Assembly: GCF_036321535.1 (NCBI RefSeq)
Contig: NC_087438.1
Location: 3,660,001-3,724,000 of the forward strand
Source of the DNA: Camelus dromedarius
Lineage: Eukaryota
Length of the DNA stretch: 64,000 bases
Direction of reading: 5' to 3'
The translations under genes and the position numbers were made by a program. Under the pieces are notes generated by a model that was not told where the DNA came from, ran no database searches, and saw nothing but the letters and a program-made list of their open reading frames with translations. Numbering within the stretch: position 1 is the stretch's first letter; each line of letters starts with the position of its first letter. This document shows, piece by piece, positions 63,811-64,000 of the stretch.

Positions 63811-64000
63811 AAGTGGGAGTTGCACAGCAATACACCTGGCTAATGAGATGAGGAAGGACTTGTGTTCAGTGATGTGTATTAACTCATCCTGGCCCAGAGC
63901 GGTGCAGCCTAGCACCAAGCGGGAAGAGCTAGTTAATTTACATCCACAAACTCCGTGCGTGTTGACAATTGTTGCTGTTTGTTTGGCTTTATTTTTTCAT

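Noticed and set aside
1..64000. CRISPR arrays, operons or prokaryotic defence systems
   Set aside because: The sequence is mammalian with spliceosomal introns; no spacer-repeat arrays seen

Overview
Mammalian genomic DNA, most likely camelid, judged from tRNA-Ala-derived vic-1-type SINEs and a camelid-type young L1 3' end. Bases 1-31.5 kb hold the 3' part of ICE1 (KIAA0947, scaffold of the little elongation complex) on the + strand. There are 12 coding exons (probably exons 8-19), all with GT-AG sites and consistent phases. They total 6302 nt of CDS (~2100 aa), include a 4737-nt internal exon, stop at 30633-30635, and are followed by a ~0.85-kb 3'UTR. The remaining 32 kb has no supportable coding gene. 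It consists of L1, L2, MIR, MaLR/ERVL and ERV1 LTRs, DNA transposon fossils and microsatellites, plus a regulatory-looking cluster at 37.9-40.4 kb (solo LTR, CTCF site, G4/GC box, orphan CpG island). I cannot support a wholly new biological system. The best leads are: patches of extreme AT-to-GC substitution in repeats and in ICE1; two candidate HCF-1-binding motifs and several LC8-type motifs in ICE1; frame-preserving skippable exons; a PUM/CPE/alternative-polyA layout in the 3'UTR; and the downstream regulatory cluster. Comparisons with human ICE1 and with repeat consensus sequences are from memory and need alignment; repeat boundaries are approximate unless TSDs/TIRs are given.
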